A DNA stretch of 20,530 bases from Octopus sinensis (lineage: Eukaryota). The notes beneath the pieces are model-generated. The model did no database searches. It was not told the origin of the DNA and worked only from the letters and a program-made list of their open reading frames with translations. A program made the position numbers and the translations under genes. Positions within the stretch are counted from its first letter, which is position 1, and every line of letters starts with the position of its first letter. Positions 19,842 through 20,530 of this stretch are shown in pieces. The stretch lies in NCBI RefSeq assembly GCF_006345805.1, contig NW_021823974.1, positions 1 to 20,530 of the forward strand, in the 5' to 3' direction.

Positions 19842-20530
19842 CGACCAACACTTCAACGCCAAACACGAAGGATGTGCTGTCAGAGCTAGGATGCGTGCTC
19901 TAAGGAACGAAGGTGTTGGAGCCGAGAGAGGCCCGGGTGGCAGAGGCGCAACAGGGCACACAAAGCCACCATTCGGTCACTGGTAGATGAACAGGGGCGC
20001 GAATTGCTCGAGCCAAGTAAAATGTGTGAGGCCTTTCAGCAGCATTTTGCCCGACTGTTCGGAACGAGTGGAGGGCAAGAACGTAGGGTGGACTTCAGTG
20101 CCTACCTACATAGCCTACCACGACTCTCGACAAGAAAGGCAGGGTGCTGCGAAGGTGCCATCACGGCGGCGGAAGTGCGGGAAGCGATGGCAGAATGCTC
20201 GAGGGACAAATCACCGGGTTTGGATGGTCTACCCTACGAGCTTTACAATTGTATGCCAGACTTGTTTGGAGATCTCTTGGCGGCGGTGTACTGCAACTGG
20301 CAGCAAAACGGGAGCATTCCTGGTTTTGTGAGCCGAGCAGCGGTAACACTGCTGAAGAAAGATCTAAACAAGGGAAATGTAATAGATAACTTTAGGCCCA
20401 TCACTCTGCTTAATGCAGACTTGAAAATTTTGGCCAAGGTGCTAGCCAAGAGGTTGGCACTTGTCATCGAGAAACTGGTCGACAAGGCGCAAACATGCGC
20501 CGTGCCAGGCCGGACCATCCATGACAACCT
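19841..20530 (+). mobile_element. Tx1/L1-clade non-LTR retrotransposon ORF2 (linker and RT domains 0-2), 5'-truncated, continues beyond the window
   Basis: Frame open from about 19968 to the window end, missed by the ORF track because it has no stop: TIRSLVDEQG...CEGAITAAEVREAM...KSPGLDGLPYELY...VTLLKK...NFRPITLLNADLKILAKVLAKRL...QTCAVPGRTIHDN; frameshifts near 19925-19965. Confidence 0.92.

Noticed and set aside
19987-20527. ORF-track entries 19987..20331, 20144..20389, 20161..20349 and 20243..20527
   Set aside because: Off-frame or antisense shadows of the real Tx1 ORF2 frame
1-20530. CRISPR array or prokaryotic operon
   Set aside because: No regularly spaced repeat-spacer structure or gene-dense organisation; the sequence is clearly repeat-rich animal DNA

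Overview
AT-rich, microsatellite-saturated eukaryotic non-coding DNA, intronic or intergenic, most likely from an octopus genome (inferred from SINE and MITE families recognised from memory, not from a search). No intact host gene is supported, and most ORF-track entries are translations of (TA)n/(CA)n/(AAT)n repeats. The non-repetitive islands are almost all retroelement or transposon relics: about ten tRNA-derived SINE copies from three families, a mariner-derived MITE, two RTE-clade LINE fragments, a well-preserved Tx1/L1-clade RT region running off the right edge, and the 3' end of a Penelope-like element (GIY-YIG endonuclease). The most notable signal is a cluster of type I minimal hammerhead ribozyme (HHR) motifs between 9.9 and 14 kb. 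One is canonical and lies in the Penelope-like element's 3' tail. One has a compensated G3:C8 core and lies in a ~220-bp non-coding island within (TA)n. One is decayed and on the minus strand. The window also holds a ~705-bp near-perfect palindrome centred on (TA)n and a 106-bp inverted duplication 1.5 kb apart.
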